DNA of 63,978 bases, counting the filler, from Conidiobolus incongruus B7586 (lineage: Eukaryota): the NCBI GenBank assembly GCA_000697335.1. It is 14 parts of 14 records of this genome, joined end to end, with 100 filler letters (N's around TTAATTAATTAA, not from the genome) between each part and the next. Parts side by side here need not be neighbours in the genome. Positions count along the whole stretch, not along the records: positions 10,210 to 14,885 come from JNEM01006727.1; positions 14,986 to 20,146 come from JNEM01006728.1; positions 20,247 to 30,543 come from JNEM01006732.1; 11 more parts are not named here. The stretch is one strand, 5' to 3'. The stretch's first letter is position 1, and each line of letters starts with the position of its first letter. Of this stretch, positions 13,375 through 26,782 are shown piece after piece. The notes under the pieces are model-generated. The model saw nothing but the letters and a program-made list of their open reading frames with translations. It made no database searches and was not told the origin of the DNA. A program made the position numbers and the translations under genes.

Positions 13375-14985
13375 TATTAAATTTATTTGATGAAAGAAGA
13401 TATATTAGTAATAGGGTTTCAAGATCCATTAATATTTTGTCAAAAAATTGATTATTTATGGGATTTGAAATTAATAAAGTAGTGAAGTAATAATTTTCCC
13501 TATTTGTTATCAGATATTTGTATTAAAAATTTAATGTTATATTATTGGATATTTTAATAAATAGGATAATATTTAGTAATTGTACTTGATTTTTAAATAA
13601 TTTTTGAATTTTTTTTTTCAGCTTAAAATATGTTATTATATTTAAGAAATAAAAATCATAATATTTATTAATATTATAAATTCTATTCTAATTAAATAGA
13701 TTTTATTTTTCAAATGATAATTAATATTAATTTTTTACTTTGTCAATTCCGAAACATTGATTCAAAAACTGATGATGAATCATAATGATTCAGCAAATTT
13801 TTTTAATTTGCGTACTATTAATTTAGAGTTATGATCTTTATGATAAGGGTTTCGATAGTATTTGCCTGACTGATATAAATATTGAATCTACTTCAATGTT
13901 ATTGAATCAACGTCAAATTGGTATAATTCAATTTAATAGATATTATTATATTATTGAAGCAGGTTGATTTGATAAAGCTTGGAAGTAAGAAACCAATAAT
14001 TTTTCCAATTTTGAAAATAATATTTTATTTATTTGAGAGTGTTTGGACATTGTGTCCTAATGTGATTAATAGATTGAATAATAGCTTTCAATTATAATCA
14101 AATATATTGGTTTAAATCAAAATATTGGATTTATTTTTATATTGTTATCAAAATAAATCAACATTAAACAAATAATAATAACAAAATATTTACAGGTTAT
14201 GTAGTTTGTTCAGCTTAATCCAATATTGATTGATTTTTATTGTTGGAAATTATTTATAAAATTAAAGTTGAAGTTAATTGGTAAGATGAATTATAATTTT
14301 AATTACTTTTAATATAAAATATTTTAGTTTTGCAAACTGAATTATTTGTATTTTTGAAACCATAATCATTGCAATCTAGACACCGTTACCAAATTTAAAC
14401 GTGTATTTTATTAAATTTAATACATATTTTGGTGATTTAATTATTAAAAATATGACAAATATCAGGTTTAAATAGCATATCTAATATTTCATTTGTTTGA
14501 AAATACTAATATATTTTAAGAATCTATTCTTTATCTCTGCATATTTTATTATCTCTAATTATTATATATTTGATACTATTTTTATTTGTATTTGACTAAT
14601 AAGACTTGAACTTTATTATGATTTATTTTACAAAATAATAAAAATTTATTAATAAATTAATCACCTAATTTAAAGTATTATTTGGTTATATATAATCATA
14701 TAATAGTTTTATTTTGTAATTATAATATGATAATAATATTAATAATTGATAAGTTTATATAAAATTTTAAAATTTATTTATTAAATAATAAATATATAAT
14801 TGAAACTTTATATTTTTCCATATTCCAACTTAATTAAAGATATTATTTATATATTATATAAAAAACAAAAAAATTTTCATTTATANNNNNNNNNNNNNNN
14901 NNNNNNNNNNNNNNNNNNNNNNNNNNNNNTTAATTAATTAANNNNNNNNNNNNNNNNNNNNNNNNNNNNNNNNNNNNNNNNNNNN

Positions 14986-16163
14986 TTCAAAGAACCTAAT
15001 TTGTAACAAGTTATTTTCACCTACTTTGGTGAACCCCAATAATTTCCCTTAATTACATGGTAATTTATTGTTTACCACTGGTGATTCCCTATTTAAGCTT
15101 GTAAAACCTATTGTTGTTAGTGTTAACACCTGACAATATGAAAAAAATAATTATTGATTAAAATTCAAGAACTTTTAAATAAACTAATATAGTTTATAAA
15201 AATAAATTATATTGATGAAGAATAATCTTGTCCATCACTCAAGAAACTCTGACTATTGCACTAATGCAAGAAGTCACATTGGAAGTACTTCATTTTATGA
15301 ACTAGTTTAACTTAGTGCTTTCCACCTGAAGTTATTCATAGCCACCCAAACTCAACAATTGAACCTATTATAAGATCATCACAAGCCAATCAATAAACCA
15401 ATCTTCTATCTTTATTTTCAAAAGTATACCATCTCAAAGTTTTTCTTGTAACCTTCACAAAAGTATTGAGTTGTGACAAGTGTGAGATATTTACTTTATT
15501 CAAAGAACCTAATTTGTAACAAGTTATTTTCACCTACTTTGGTGAACCCCAATAATTTCCCTTAATTACATGGTAATTTATTGTTTACCACTGGTGATTC
15601 CCTATTTAAGCTTGTAAAACCTATTGTTGTTAGTGTTAACACCTGACAATATGAAAAAAATAATTATTGATTAAAATTCAAGAACTTTTAAATAAACTAA
15701 TATAGTTTATAAAAATAAATTATATTGATGAAGAATAATCTTGTCCATCACTCAAGAAACTCTGACTATTGCACTAATGCAAGAAGTCACATTGGAAGTA
15801 CTTCATTTTATGAACTAGTTTAACTTAGTGCTTTCCACCTGAAGTTATTCATAGCCACCCAAACTCAACAATTGAACCTATTATAAGATCATCACAAGCC
15901 AATCAATAAACCAATCTTTCTATCTTCATTTTCAAAAGTATCCAGTCTCTAAGTTTTTCTTGTAACACTCACAAAACATATTGAGTTGTGACAAGCGTGA
16001 GATATTTACTTTATTCAAAGACCTTGATTTGCAGTAAGCTATTTTCACCCAATTTGGTGAACCCTCTTAATTTCCCTTAACCTTGTGGTAATCTATCATT
16101 TACCACTGGCGATTCCCTGTTTAAGCTCTAAAAGACTACCTCCTCCCACGTTTACAGTTGTCA
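14986..16163. mobile_element. Tandem array of solo-LTR-like units (partial 14986-15135, 15213-15648, 15726-16163) separated by an identical 77-bp spacer
   Basis: Period ~513 bp. Complete units run TG...CA and are flanked by ATAT. They are the reverse complement of the solo LTR at 45446-45880. Confidence 0.75.
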
Positions 16164-16968
16164 ATATATTTAAAATTTAAATTTAAATAAAATATTGAAA
16201 ATATAATATAGAATTCTTATAGTTTAATTAAAGCTAAAAAAAGTTAAAATAGCTATTATTAGGTAAAATCTATGAAAATATAGCTAAAAACCAAATTTTT
16301 ATAAAAAATTAAAATAATAAATAAATTTTATATTTTTTTATCAAATATTTTTTTAAAATATAAATCAAAATCTTAAATTAAATTAAATTAAATTAACTTT
16401 TTTATTAAATTTAATAAATATATATTTTTTATTAATAAGCAAATATAGATCATTAAAATATAATACAATACTATATATTATTCTTATATATTACTTTATT
16501 GAAAATGGATTAATAATGAATATTATATTGTTTTTTTAAATAACCCTATTTTTAATTGGTGTTTTTAATATAGTTTCAAAAACTTAATATTTTATATTAT
16601 AATAATAAAATATATAAAATTAATATTATGAAAAATTTTCCAATTAAAAATTGCTAAAAAAAACTACCACATCTAATATATTCTCTAGATTATAACCTAT
16701 GTAACTATATTTGTTTTAGGTAATTAAAAAATTATCTAATAGGAAAGATAATTTCTACAAAGAAATCAATTAATTTGTGAAATATCAAATTTTAGTCTTT
16801 AATAAAAAAACTACTTTTCAAGTGCTGAAAGTTTGATAAAATTATAGCAAATAGTTATTAATAATACAGAGTATTAATTTTAAATTATAAATTTATTTTT
16901 ATATTTTTTATATTAAAATGTTCATTTTTTTTGAATCACAAAAAATTCCCATTATTTAAATTACAAAG
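16164..16968 (+). mobile_element. Heavily mutated 3' part of a mariner element (copy M3), interrupted by LTRs
   Basis: Colinear with ~27285-28088, including the YSPD region and the end AAAATTCCCATTATTTAAATTACAAAG. The 77-bp spacer between the LTRs resembles the preceding mariner segment. Confidence 0.75.
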
Positions 16969-17027
16969 AAATAATAAATTGAAAATTAAATAATATAAAT
17001 CATAACTGATTTATAATTTTACAAAAT

Positions 17028-17780
17028 TTAATAGTTATTATAGGCTTGATCTTCTTGAATACATACTAAAATGATCTGTTTAAGTTTGAACAGACACATA
17101 TATTCACATCGCAACTTAATATAAAAGAACACATGCTTCATAGAATAAACATAAATTCCAAGATCTGTGAATTCCAAGCTCATCATAATGATGTCAAATC
17201 CACAAAACATCACCAAAATTAATACCAATTTCATGATTATTGCTTCGAATTTAATCCGACATTGAGGTGAAATCATTTTTCTAATGAAGTAAATGGTAAT
17301 CACGCTGTACCCGACTTCACTAACAGAAATTAATGCAACTGATAGTTTGTCGCAAATATTGATTGTTATGTCGAAGTAACCAGGATAGAAATATTGCAAA
17401 TACCATATTACAGCTTCGACTGTTTGGAAAATTGCAACTACAATGCTTATATACTTCATAATTGAAAGGCATTTGACTCTGCCTAAAACTTCGGTGGTAG
17501 TGGAGTAGATTAGCATTATATATCCTTGAGTGTACCCGACCCAAGACAAGATACAAAGCCAACCTAAACTCTTTTGGACATCATTGGATGAAGTTACCTG
17601 CAATACAAGGGCAATCGCATTCACAATAATTAAAAAATTTACTAGTATAAAGAGTCGTGTAATTTTATTATTATACACAGGAAAGCTTGTAGCAAGATAA
17701 ATTGGAATATCGGATAACATTAACACAATAGTTAATATAGCACAATATGAATAAAAATTAGTTATTTCAAAAATGGTCAT
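17028..17780 (-). CDS. Intronless multi-pass membrane protein (about 6-7 TM, possibly GPCR-like), 250 aa
   Basis: Intact ORF with alternating hydrophobic segments. The C-terminal FYIKLRCEYMCL resembles the 'KLKxE' ending I recall in uncharacterised fungal integral membrane proteins. Function not assignable. Confidence 0.75.
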   Translation of the reverse strand: MTIFEITNFYSYCAILTIVLMLSDIPIYLATSFPVYNNKITRLFILVNFLIIVNAIALVLQVTSSNDVQKSLGWLCILSWVGYTQGYIMLIYSTTTEVLGRVKCLSIMKYISIVVAIFQTVEAVIWYLQYFYPGYFDITINICDKLSVALISVSEVGYSVITIYFIRKMISPQCRIKFEAIIMKLVLILVMFCGFDIIMMSLEFTDLGIYVYSMKHVFFYIKLRCEYMCLFKLKQIILVCIQEDQAYNNY

Positions 17781-18442
17781 CTTAAAATAATCAAATACTC
17801 CAAATAATTTAGATATTTAATTTATATTGAAAAGTTTGATAAATTTAAATTTAAAGGATATATAATTCAATATTTAGCACATTTTTGATTGAGTTTATAT
17901 AAGTTGATAAATATAACATGGTTTTAATTTGAATAAAACAATTTATGTTTAAACTTTCAATAATTTAAAATCGATCTTTTTGATATGATAAGCTTATTGT
18001 ACATAATCTTTATTATTTTTTCAATTGTTTCCACAATTGGTTAAGCTGATTTTAACAAAATATTCATCATTCACAAAAATTATTTACTAAATACCACATT
18101 AATTCTGTTATTGTAATATGATATATTAATAATGCTATTTTATATTAAAACAATATTTTGATACTAATATTTCAATCAAATAAACTATTCTAAATTGAAT
18201 TAAAAGAATTCAAAATCTCAATAATACACTATGAACAATATTTTTCATTTTTGATATTTTTAAATTTTCACTTAGATAAAATTTTTTAAATCATTTTTAA
18301 ATTTGGGATTTGAAACTATCAGAAATTTAGATAACAAATCATGTTAATTATCAGCCTCAGAATTTGTGATTTAGAATTTCCTTTCATTTAATATTTAAAA
18401 ATTTAAATCATAGTTAATAATCAAAATAATACTACATAGTTC

Positions 18443-19402
18443 CTCAAAAAATATTTGAATAAGTGTGAGTTATTCGATAATTTTGTTGAATAAATGTGGA
18501 GGGTTTATTTGGCAGTATGGTTCCTATATAGTAACCCGCCAAACCAACTTGACCACGCAACCTATCACCCTATGGAGATATAACCTTGGAAGTACTCGTC
18601 ACACTACATTAAGGTCTTATATATCTGTTGATTTAATCCTTTTTTCCCTACTAAAAAACAACAAATGATCTAAATAAAAACCATCGTTCGGACATATTTT
18701 GATTTTCATCTTCCCGATTTCTTTGAATCCATTAAACTCTTAACAAAACCTATTGAAATACAATAACCAAAACTATCGAACCACTCCCTTTCATATTATC
18801 AACTTTCTAATATTCAATTGATGAAACCACAGTTAAAATTTGATTGAATATGTCACATTATACGATTGAAACACAAACAGAATTATCATACATATACTGA
18901 TATAGTATGAAAATTGAAAATTTTTGAATTAGTCGTAACTATTGCATCAAGTAACAAAGAGAGTCCGATTTCCACTATCATTTTGACGAACGGAGTCTCC
19001 AAATAGTCGAACACTTTTCCCACCATATGAGGAGCAGCAGCTACAAGCTGAGTAGCCAGATGAACCCTGATTGCTTCATTGTATGGTGTTACTCTTGGAT
19101 CTACTAGAGCTAATTTGGATATTTTGTCCGGATCAATTTAACAAAGAATAAACAGGTTTTAAATTAATAAATTCGAACAGCCGTCAGTTGACTAATTTGA
19201 TTGTAACTAATTTGTGATATTTTATTTGTGTATTTAAATTTTTATAGTCCTTAGAAGATTGGTTTCTGACAGGGTTAGATGGATCTCGTGCTAGTGGCTG
19301 TTCAGGACTAAGCAGGAGAACTCGCTCGATAGTATAGCCACCTATTCGAGGGAATCGTGAAAACTTAATGTTGGTCAGTCACTCGGTTTGTAATGGTAAC
19401 AT
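18443..19402 (-). pseudogene. Disrupted coding-like region of unknown family
   Basis: ATG at 19402 (MLPLQTE*LTNIKFSRFPRIGGYTIERV...), then an open frame IDPDKISKLALVDPRV...VEIGLSLLLDAIV at ~19137-18890 and further fragments. Several in-frame stops and frame changes. GC well above background. Confidence 0.4.
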
Positions 19403-20960
19403 TTTGTTTTATAAAATGAATATAAAATTCTTTTGGTTTGTAATAAATTTGATTTTATTATAAAATCAATTTTCAAATCAATAATAAATATTTATTTTTC
19501 ATTTATAAAAGTTTATTTGAAACATTGTTTTAATTTCATGAAGCTTGGCTATATAATTAGTATTTATTTGGAAATATATTTAAAAAGATTACTTAATAAT
19601 TACTTAGTTAATTTACCTTAATTTTTGCTTTTTTAAATAATACTAAAGTTTTAATATATTTTCAAAAAAGCTGATTATTGATAAAGTTATCAAAAATTTT
19701 CAAATATATTAATATTAAAAAAATATTTTGATAAATATAAAATAATTAATTATTAATTTTCAATTATATCACTTTTGAAATTATATTCAAAATTATTAAT
19801 ATTAAAATAAAATAAATCAATTTAAAATAACATATTAATATAATATTTTATATTTAATAATTTTTTATATATTTTTCATAATCAACTGGTATTTAAATAG
19901 TATTTTTATCTATTAAGGTTAAAAATTTGTTATATTAATAATTAATTAAATATATTTAATAAAATCCTTGATTGATATATATATTTCAAGTTATATAAAT
20001 AATTATAATATTGAGTGAGGAACCTCAAATTTTAAAAAAATCCTTTCAAAAAATATAAAATAATAGGTAAATATCTAGAGCTTAGAGAAATATAATAAAA
20101 ATAAAGATAAAATAAAATAATATCTATATAATAATTTTATATAATTNNNNNNNNNNNNNNNNNNNNNNNNNNNNNNNNNNNNNNNNNNNNTTAATTAATT
20201 AANNNNNNNNNNNNNNNNNNNNNNNNNNNNNNNNNNNNNNNNNNNNTAAATATATAAAGTAATATTAAAAATTTTAATAATATGACATAAGACATATTTT
20301 TCAAGTTTATTATATATACTAAATCAAATATATATATTTAGAAAATAAAAATATAAACTTAAATATAGTTTTAAAATAATATTAAATTTATTAATATAAA
20401 ATAATATTAAGTTTTCAATTGATACTCTAAAATAAATATCAAAAAATTCTATTAATATTATATTAATTTTATGCTAGTAATTATTATTATATCACTATAT
20501 CGATTATTATATCAAAATTTAATATATTTATTTCAAAAAAATACAACAAAAATATATTTTAATTAAATTACCAAAGTTTCAGAAGATCAATAATAACTAT
20601 ATATAGTTATTAATATATTAATATTAATCTTAATTAATAAACTTATATAATTCATGGTTATATCTCAAAAATAATTATAAAAAAGATATTCTTAATAAAA
20701 AAATAAATGTAAATATTTAACAATTCAAAATTATAATTATTTATAATTAATTTCATAATATAATATAATATAATATAGTTTATTATAAAATTTTAATTGA
20801 TTCTTTTAGGTATTCTGTTTTTTAACAGCTTTAATTAAATTATTTATATATTTAAATATAAAAAATGAGTTTAATAATTAGTTTTGCTAAGTTATTACTT
20901 TTGATTTTATTATTATAGATTTAATTATTTAATAAATCATTATTAAGTTTAATAAAATTT

Positions 20961-21604
20961 TAACAGCCTTAACTACTGGAAAAAATAGATTTTAAGACTT
21001 TAAACAAGGAATCACCAGTGGTAAACAATAGATTACTGCAAAATTAGTGGAAATTAATGTGGTTCACCAAATTAGGTGAAAATAAGCTAACTGTGAATAA
21101 TATAAATATTCAATACTTTTGGAAAGATAAGATTATTAAGTGAAATATATATTACCAGCAAGTATTCTAATAGTCAAGCTATTTCTATGATGTCATTGGA
21201 TATTGATATCACTTTTGATTCATTTATATATAGCAAAGCCTTATTAGTCATCTATAATTGTTATCTTGATATTGATGAACTTTAACCCCTTAGAATATGA
21301 GTCATAATCCATGAATTACCATGGATATATAACCCTAGTTATAACCATCATAATAAAGATATCTTTTTGCATCACAAATCTATTAGATCACCTGAATCTT
21401 TAAGTTATTACTTATCAATAGGTGATTAAGTCAAGAACCAAGATAATATCAAATCTTGTAATTCTTGATTAGAGATATTATAGATAGTTATGATTTATAA
21501 ATAATCCATTTTATTAATACTTATCCTTACCTCTTGGTATATCCAGCAAGTATAATATTCAACTTTTTACCTAATCCTTGACACCAAGAAATAACTCATC
21601 ATCA
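20961..21604. mobile_element. Diverged, longer solo-LTR-like relative of the 45446 and 15213 LTR family
   Basis: Shares GGAATCACCAGTGGTAAACAATA...GGTTCACCAAATTAGGTGAAAAT with that family. Starts TAACA (TGACA in a relative) and ends CATCA. Confidence 0.55.
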
Positions 21605-23069
21605 ATATATATTCTTATATTATATTAATGAAAATAAATAAATATTATTTAATTTAAAAATATATATTTAATTAATTTAACTAATTTAATGAATTACATT
21701 AATAATATATATTATTATAGATATAATAACCAATATATCTTTATAATTAAAATATATATTAATTGAAATTTATAAAAGATATATTTTAACTTAATAATTT
21801 GTTTTAAGTTATGAAAGATAGCTTTATAAAGAAGCTATATTTTATCAATGAAAATAATTTATAGATTTTAATGTCTGGGTTTACTATAGTAGGTTTTATT
21901 AAATTATAGTTATTTTAGTTTTTTAAAATTATCTTCAATCATAAAATATTTCAATTTTATTTAATTCATTAATCCAAATCTATATATATCTTTTACATAT
22001 ATATATTATATACAAAAATTATCAAGATTTCCCAATTATAATAAAGAAAATCCTTTTTAATATAAATTTTTAAAATATAAATATTAGAATAAAATTATAA
22101 ATTTTGATAAATTTCAGAAATTTTGCTTCTTAAGTTTAATATAGTTGATTTAATGTTAAAGTATAACCTTAAAAGAGACCTTATTATGTTAAGTTATTTA
22201 ATGATTTTAAATATTGATAAAAGCTTATTAAGTTATAATATTAAATTAAGAATATTTTCATAATATTTAATCAACTTTGATTAAAACAAGCTTTATGTTA
22301 AATAATTGAGACATATTTAAAAAATAAGAGAGTTTTATATAAAAAGATTTTATAAAATTAAAGATAGTATTATAGTTATTATATATATATATATATTTAT
22401 TTATTTTGAATCTAATAATTTATTCAAGAAATCAAAAATTGATAACTTTATATTTATTAATTCAAAAGTAATTTTTTTAAAATAAAATATTTATATTAAC
22501 TTGACAAATATAATAATATCATAACATTTCTTTATTATATAATTAAACTTGCTATATAATATCATATTATTTTTTTTAACAATAAAAATATAATAAAAAT
22601 TAATTAATTAATTTTTTATTCGTTGAAAATAATATAATAATTAAGTTATTTATTAAGCTTTATTCTTATTAATATAACATAGTGTAATTTTTTTAAAATG
22701 ACCTTAACATTATTATTTACTTTTTATTCCTTTTTAATTCAGTATTTTGTAATAAATATAAATATTATCAAATAAAGAGTTTGATAAAAAGTAAATAATA
22801 GATATATTATTTAATAATTTAATAATAATAATAATTAAAATTGATATTATAAAAATATTGATTATTATAATTAAAAATTCAGTATATAGGAATAATTTTT
22901 GAATATAACAATTTAATGAAATAATCAAGGAATAAAAATAATTTAATAATAGTAAATATATAGCAAATTTGCTAATAGAAAATGTCAAATATATCACCAT
23001 AGTGAAAATTTTTTGGTAAATAAATTAACAATCTCATTACCAAGGACAATCTCAAGCATAACTCCAAGA

Positions 23070-23486
23070 TTAAAAAGCGTAACGATCAATATAGTATGGA
23101 TTATAATAATAGGAAGGTTCAGATGATTGAAGATATGGACGGTATGGATTCCAATGATGATAATATTCTCCGGAACTAAAGTAATTATTGCGTGGAGCAG
23201 GACCACGTTCAGGAACGATCCTCACAGATTTGGCATTTCTGACAGGGTTAGGTTCAAAAATATAGCCATTAGACCAGCCGACCTGATTTCCTTGACAACT
23301 GTAACCATCATAGAATTGGACTACGAGGCCACCACCATTGGTAATCACACGATTGAATTGTCCATCTCCAATTCCAAAACATCCGAGTCCTTGGAATGTA
23401 CTTTTGGTACCATCAGTACGCTGGATTTCAATAGTTTGTGCAGAAATAGCACCAATAGCCAAAGCGAAAGAAGTTAACAATTTCAT
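23070..23486 (-). CDS. Small secreted MiAMP1/beta-gamma-crystallin-like protein, paralog A (138 aa from the ATG at 23486)
   Basis: Signal-peptide-like MKLLTSFALAIGAISA|Q. Gly/aromatic-rich domain with GC..FYDGYSCQG..KSVR and a Tyr/Pro-rich tail. Paralogous to 31401-31838, which supports this ATG over the upstream GTG used by the ORF track. Confidence 0.85.
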   Translation of the reverse strand: MKLLTSFALAIGAISAQTIEIQRTDGTKSTFQGLGCFGIGDGQFNRVITNGGGLVVQFYDGYSCQGNQVGWSNGYIFEPNPVRNAKSVRIVPERGPAPRNNYFSSGEYYHHWNPYRPYLQSSEPSYYYNPYYIDRYAF

Positions 23487-23540
23487 TTTTAACACTATTT
23501 AATTCAATTTTTAATAATACATTAGTGAGTGAAAAAGATT

Positions 23541-23666
23541 CAATTTATATTCCAAATTTAATACATACTCTCAAATTCAGGGAGTTCAGAAAATATTAAA
23601 TTTGATATTTTTTAAATTTAAAATCCATAAGGGTTATATAGCTGATTAATTTTAATATTAAGGGTT
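23541..23666 (-). promoter_or_regulatory. Promoter motifs conserved between the two secreted-protein paralogs (paralog A)
   Basis: TATAAATTG on the minus strand, AAATTCAGGG at 23573, and TAAGGGTT at 23628 and 23659 (plus-strand reading). Same order upstream of paralog B. Confidence 0.6.
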
Positions 23667-26600
23667 GAATTGAAATTTCGAGGTAAGAAAATATCAATTT
23701 CATAATATATATTGATGAAAACATAGTTGATTTACGTATGCAAATTTTCATATCTATACATAGGATTTTAATGCCCCTTAATATTTATATTCAATAATTC
23801 AATATGTCAAACATAATGCTATTTTGAAAATATTTTTGAATAATCGCCAATCACCTAATTCGTATGTTTTTGAATTAAATTTTGTCGAAGAAATCTTTAA
23901 ATATTCAAGCTAAAGTAACAAAACCATTAAATACGGATATATCAGCTTTGTTCATTGAAATAATTGGAGTTTACAATTGATATATAAATTATCAAATAAA
24001 TAACTATTATTATATTCAGGAAATTTTTTGACATTAAATTTAGAAACAAGTATATCAAAATCTTAAAATTTAATTAGATTTTTATACAATTAAGAGCCTC
24101 GAAATCTCTATGTACATAGGTATTTGTGTTTGAGAACATTATATTTTTTTATTGATTTTGAAAACCAAAGTTGATTCAATTCGTTTAGACATAATTTAAA
24201 TGAGCTTTTCAATTTTCTTTCATTCACTCATTAATCTTTTATAATTCAAAATAGTGAAAAACATGAGGTTAAGATATAATAATATTTAAACTAATATGAT
24301 AAAATTATATTAATTTTCTAAAATTCAATTTTTGGCAAATGTAACTAATATTAAACGATATACTGAGTAATATAGTATTATCATTGCATTTAGATAATTA
24401 TAGTATAAATGAATATTGATAATATTATATTTAACAAATATGACATGATGATTTGATAGAACTAATTATATAAGTATATATTTATATTAATTATTTATTA
24501 CTTATATATAATAATATATAGAATAGTTATTTAAATTAGCTATTTTTATATTCTGGAAAAATTATTAATGAAAAATTAGAATTATATATATGCAATCTGA
24601 ATGTTTTATTCCAACATATTCTATTTATCAGTAATGTATTATATCCTTGACTATAAAGTATATTTTCATTTTAATGACCTAAATAATTTTTTGAGTAATT
24701 AAAAACATTTACATTATAGCAAATCAAGATGAAATAGCTTATTTATATTATAAAAAAGTTTTTTAATAAAAAGAAAATAAAAAATATAAGTAATATAAAA
24801 CTAAAAATTATAATTTTTGATCAAAAAAATACTAAAATTATTATATTGCTTTAAAAAATATTTCATTATTATTTATAACACATTATTTCAATATTTTAAA
24901 TATTGATAAAAATATAAAATGATGATTAATTTAAAAAAAATTAATAATTGTTGAATAACAGTGTGAATTAAATATTATTAATATAGGTATTATGTTAATA
25001 TGGCATCAATTTTTTAATACCAAAATATTGTTTTAATAAAGTTTTTTAATTATTTAATTTAAGTTTATGAAAATTTAGAGCTTATCTTGAATATTATAAA
25101 TAAATATTCAATATATTTATATTAGAGTTTAAAAATATATTGAATATGTAAATTCAAGATAATATTTGAAAGATTCATAGATATTTCTAATCAATCTTAC
25201 TAAAGTCGTATACTGGTTTTAAATAATCTAATAATTATTTATATAATATAATACTTTTAAGATTATATGATATTTGACATATATAATATATATCATTCAA
25301 TGTGTTTAGAACCCAATTTAAATTTAATAATATGATATTATGGAAAATATATTTCTTAAGTTGACAAGCGATAATCTTTGGTGAATTATTAATTTTGATT
25401 GAGTTCAAAAACGTTATAAATTTTAAAATGGTGATAGAAATTGGTTTGTTAAAATAATTTAATATAATTCAAATCATTAATATTTTTAATTAATTTAAAT
25501 GAAATGGTTTTTAATTTTATAGTACATTGTCATAACTGAGTGCCTAGTTCAGATTTGTAATATATATTTGAGTTAATTATTTCATTGGTATGTTGATAAT
25601 AACAAATTTTAGCGTTCAATCTTGTTTCAAGTTTTACTGTTTGAAATTTATGAAATAAAATATTTAATTAAAGCTGTAAATCTTTCAAATACACTCGCTC
25701 AGTGGTCCAATTATGGGGCTACAAATTTTTTTGACTATATGATACAGAGCTTGTGCACTGCTTTTAGAGATGATACTAGACTAACTTTGTAGGCTGAAAT
25801 TAAAAACAATATCAACTGTTTAATTCTCCCAAGATCACTATGTAATTTAAATTCTTTCCTTATTTATATTTGAATTTGATTTAGTCACAAAATTTTTCAT
25901 TATAATATTTTAAAATAATACCATTCAAAGGTTGAATATTTATACATCTATATATAATTTTAAAATTACATACTATAAGATGGTAATTATATTCTATATA
26001 TATTTTACATATTGATATAGAGATAAATCTGTCATATTTGAAAATTTCAATTTATTGAGTATATTAATTTTGTATTATACATTTGTAAATTGGTTTATAA
26101 CCTTGAATGATCATACTTTGCAAAAAAACATTGATAAAAATTTGTTCAATATGCTGTATTGGGAATTGTAAACGATGGGGATACTTTAGCCCCTAGCTCT
26201 AAGAACTTGTGATATTCTAAAAATTCCATATTATAAGCCTCCTTTTAACAAGTTTGAAATATTTAAACTATTCAACTTTGCTCTTTCTTTTATATTTTAT
26301 TAACCGTTTTGGCTGTTTGCCTAATACTCTATACCCTTTTAAAGGATTTCTTCCATTGGGTTACTTCTCCATCATTAACAAAATTTATATTTTAGAAAAA
26401 TTATAGTATTAGAATTATTCATATCTATTTTTTTTTTGATTTTAAGAAATAGGATTTCAATTATTTGATAATAAATTATGATAAATCCAACAATAATAGG
26501 ATATATATATGAATTATATAATTTGAGTAAATTTTTATTTAAAAATACCTAAATATATATAATATTAAAATAATTAATTTTATTAATATCCTAAATAATT

Positions 26601-26782
26601 ATTATCATAATATGATGAATAAAAAACATGAATGAAATATTATATCAAATCCTAAATAATAGTGATATTTTTAGAATTATATAATTCCCAATTAAATTAA
26701 TGTATCTTTATTATTTACTTGAAAATATAATATACAGACTAACTTTAATATATTATATAAAGTTATGTATTTTGATATAATA

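Noticed and set aside
14986..16163. Repeat-spacer pattern as a CRISPR-like array
   Set aside because: Units are ~436-bp LTR-like sequences, the spacers are identical and the genome is eukaryotic.
22734..23000. 88-aa Ile/Leu/Asn-rich ORF (similarly 8224-8469, 19433-19621, 52631-52822, 60469-60711)
   Set aside because: Composition reflects AT-rich background, several have non-ATG starts, and none has a motif.
25560..26390. GC-elevated coding-like fragments (also ~35690-35950)
   Set aside because: Short frames with stops and no recognisable family; cannot be supported without a search.
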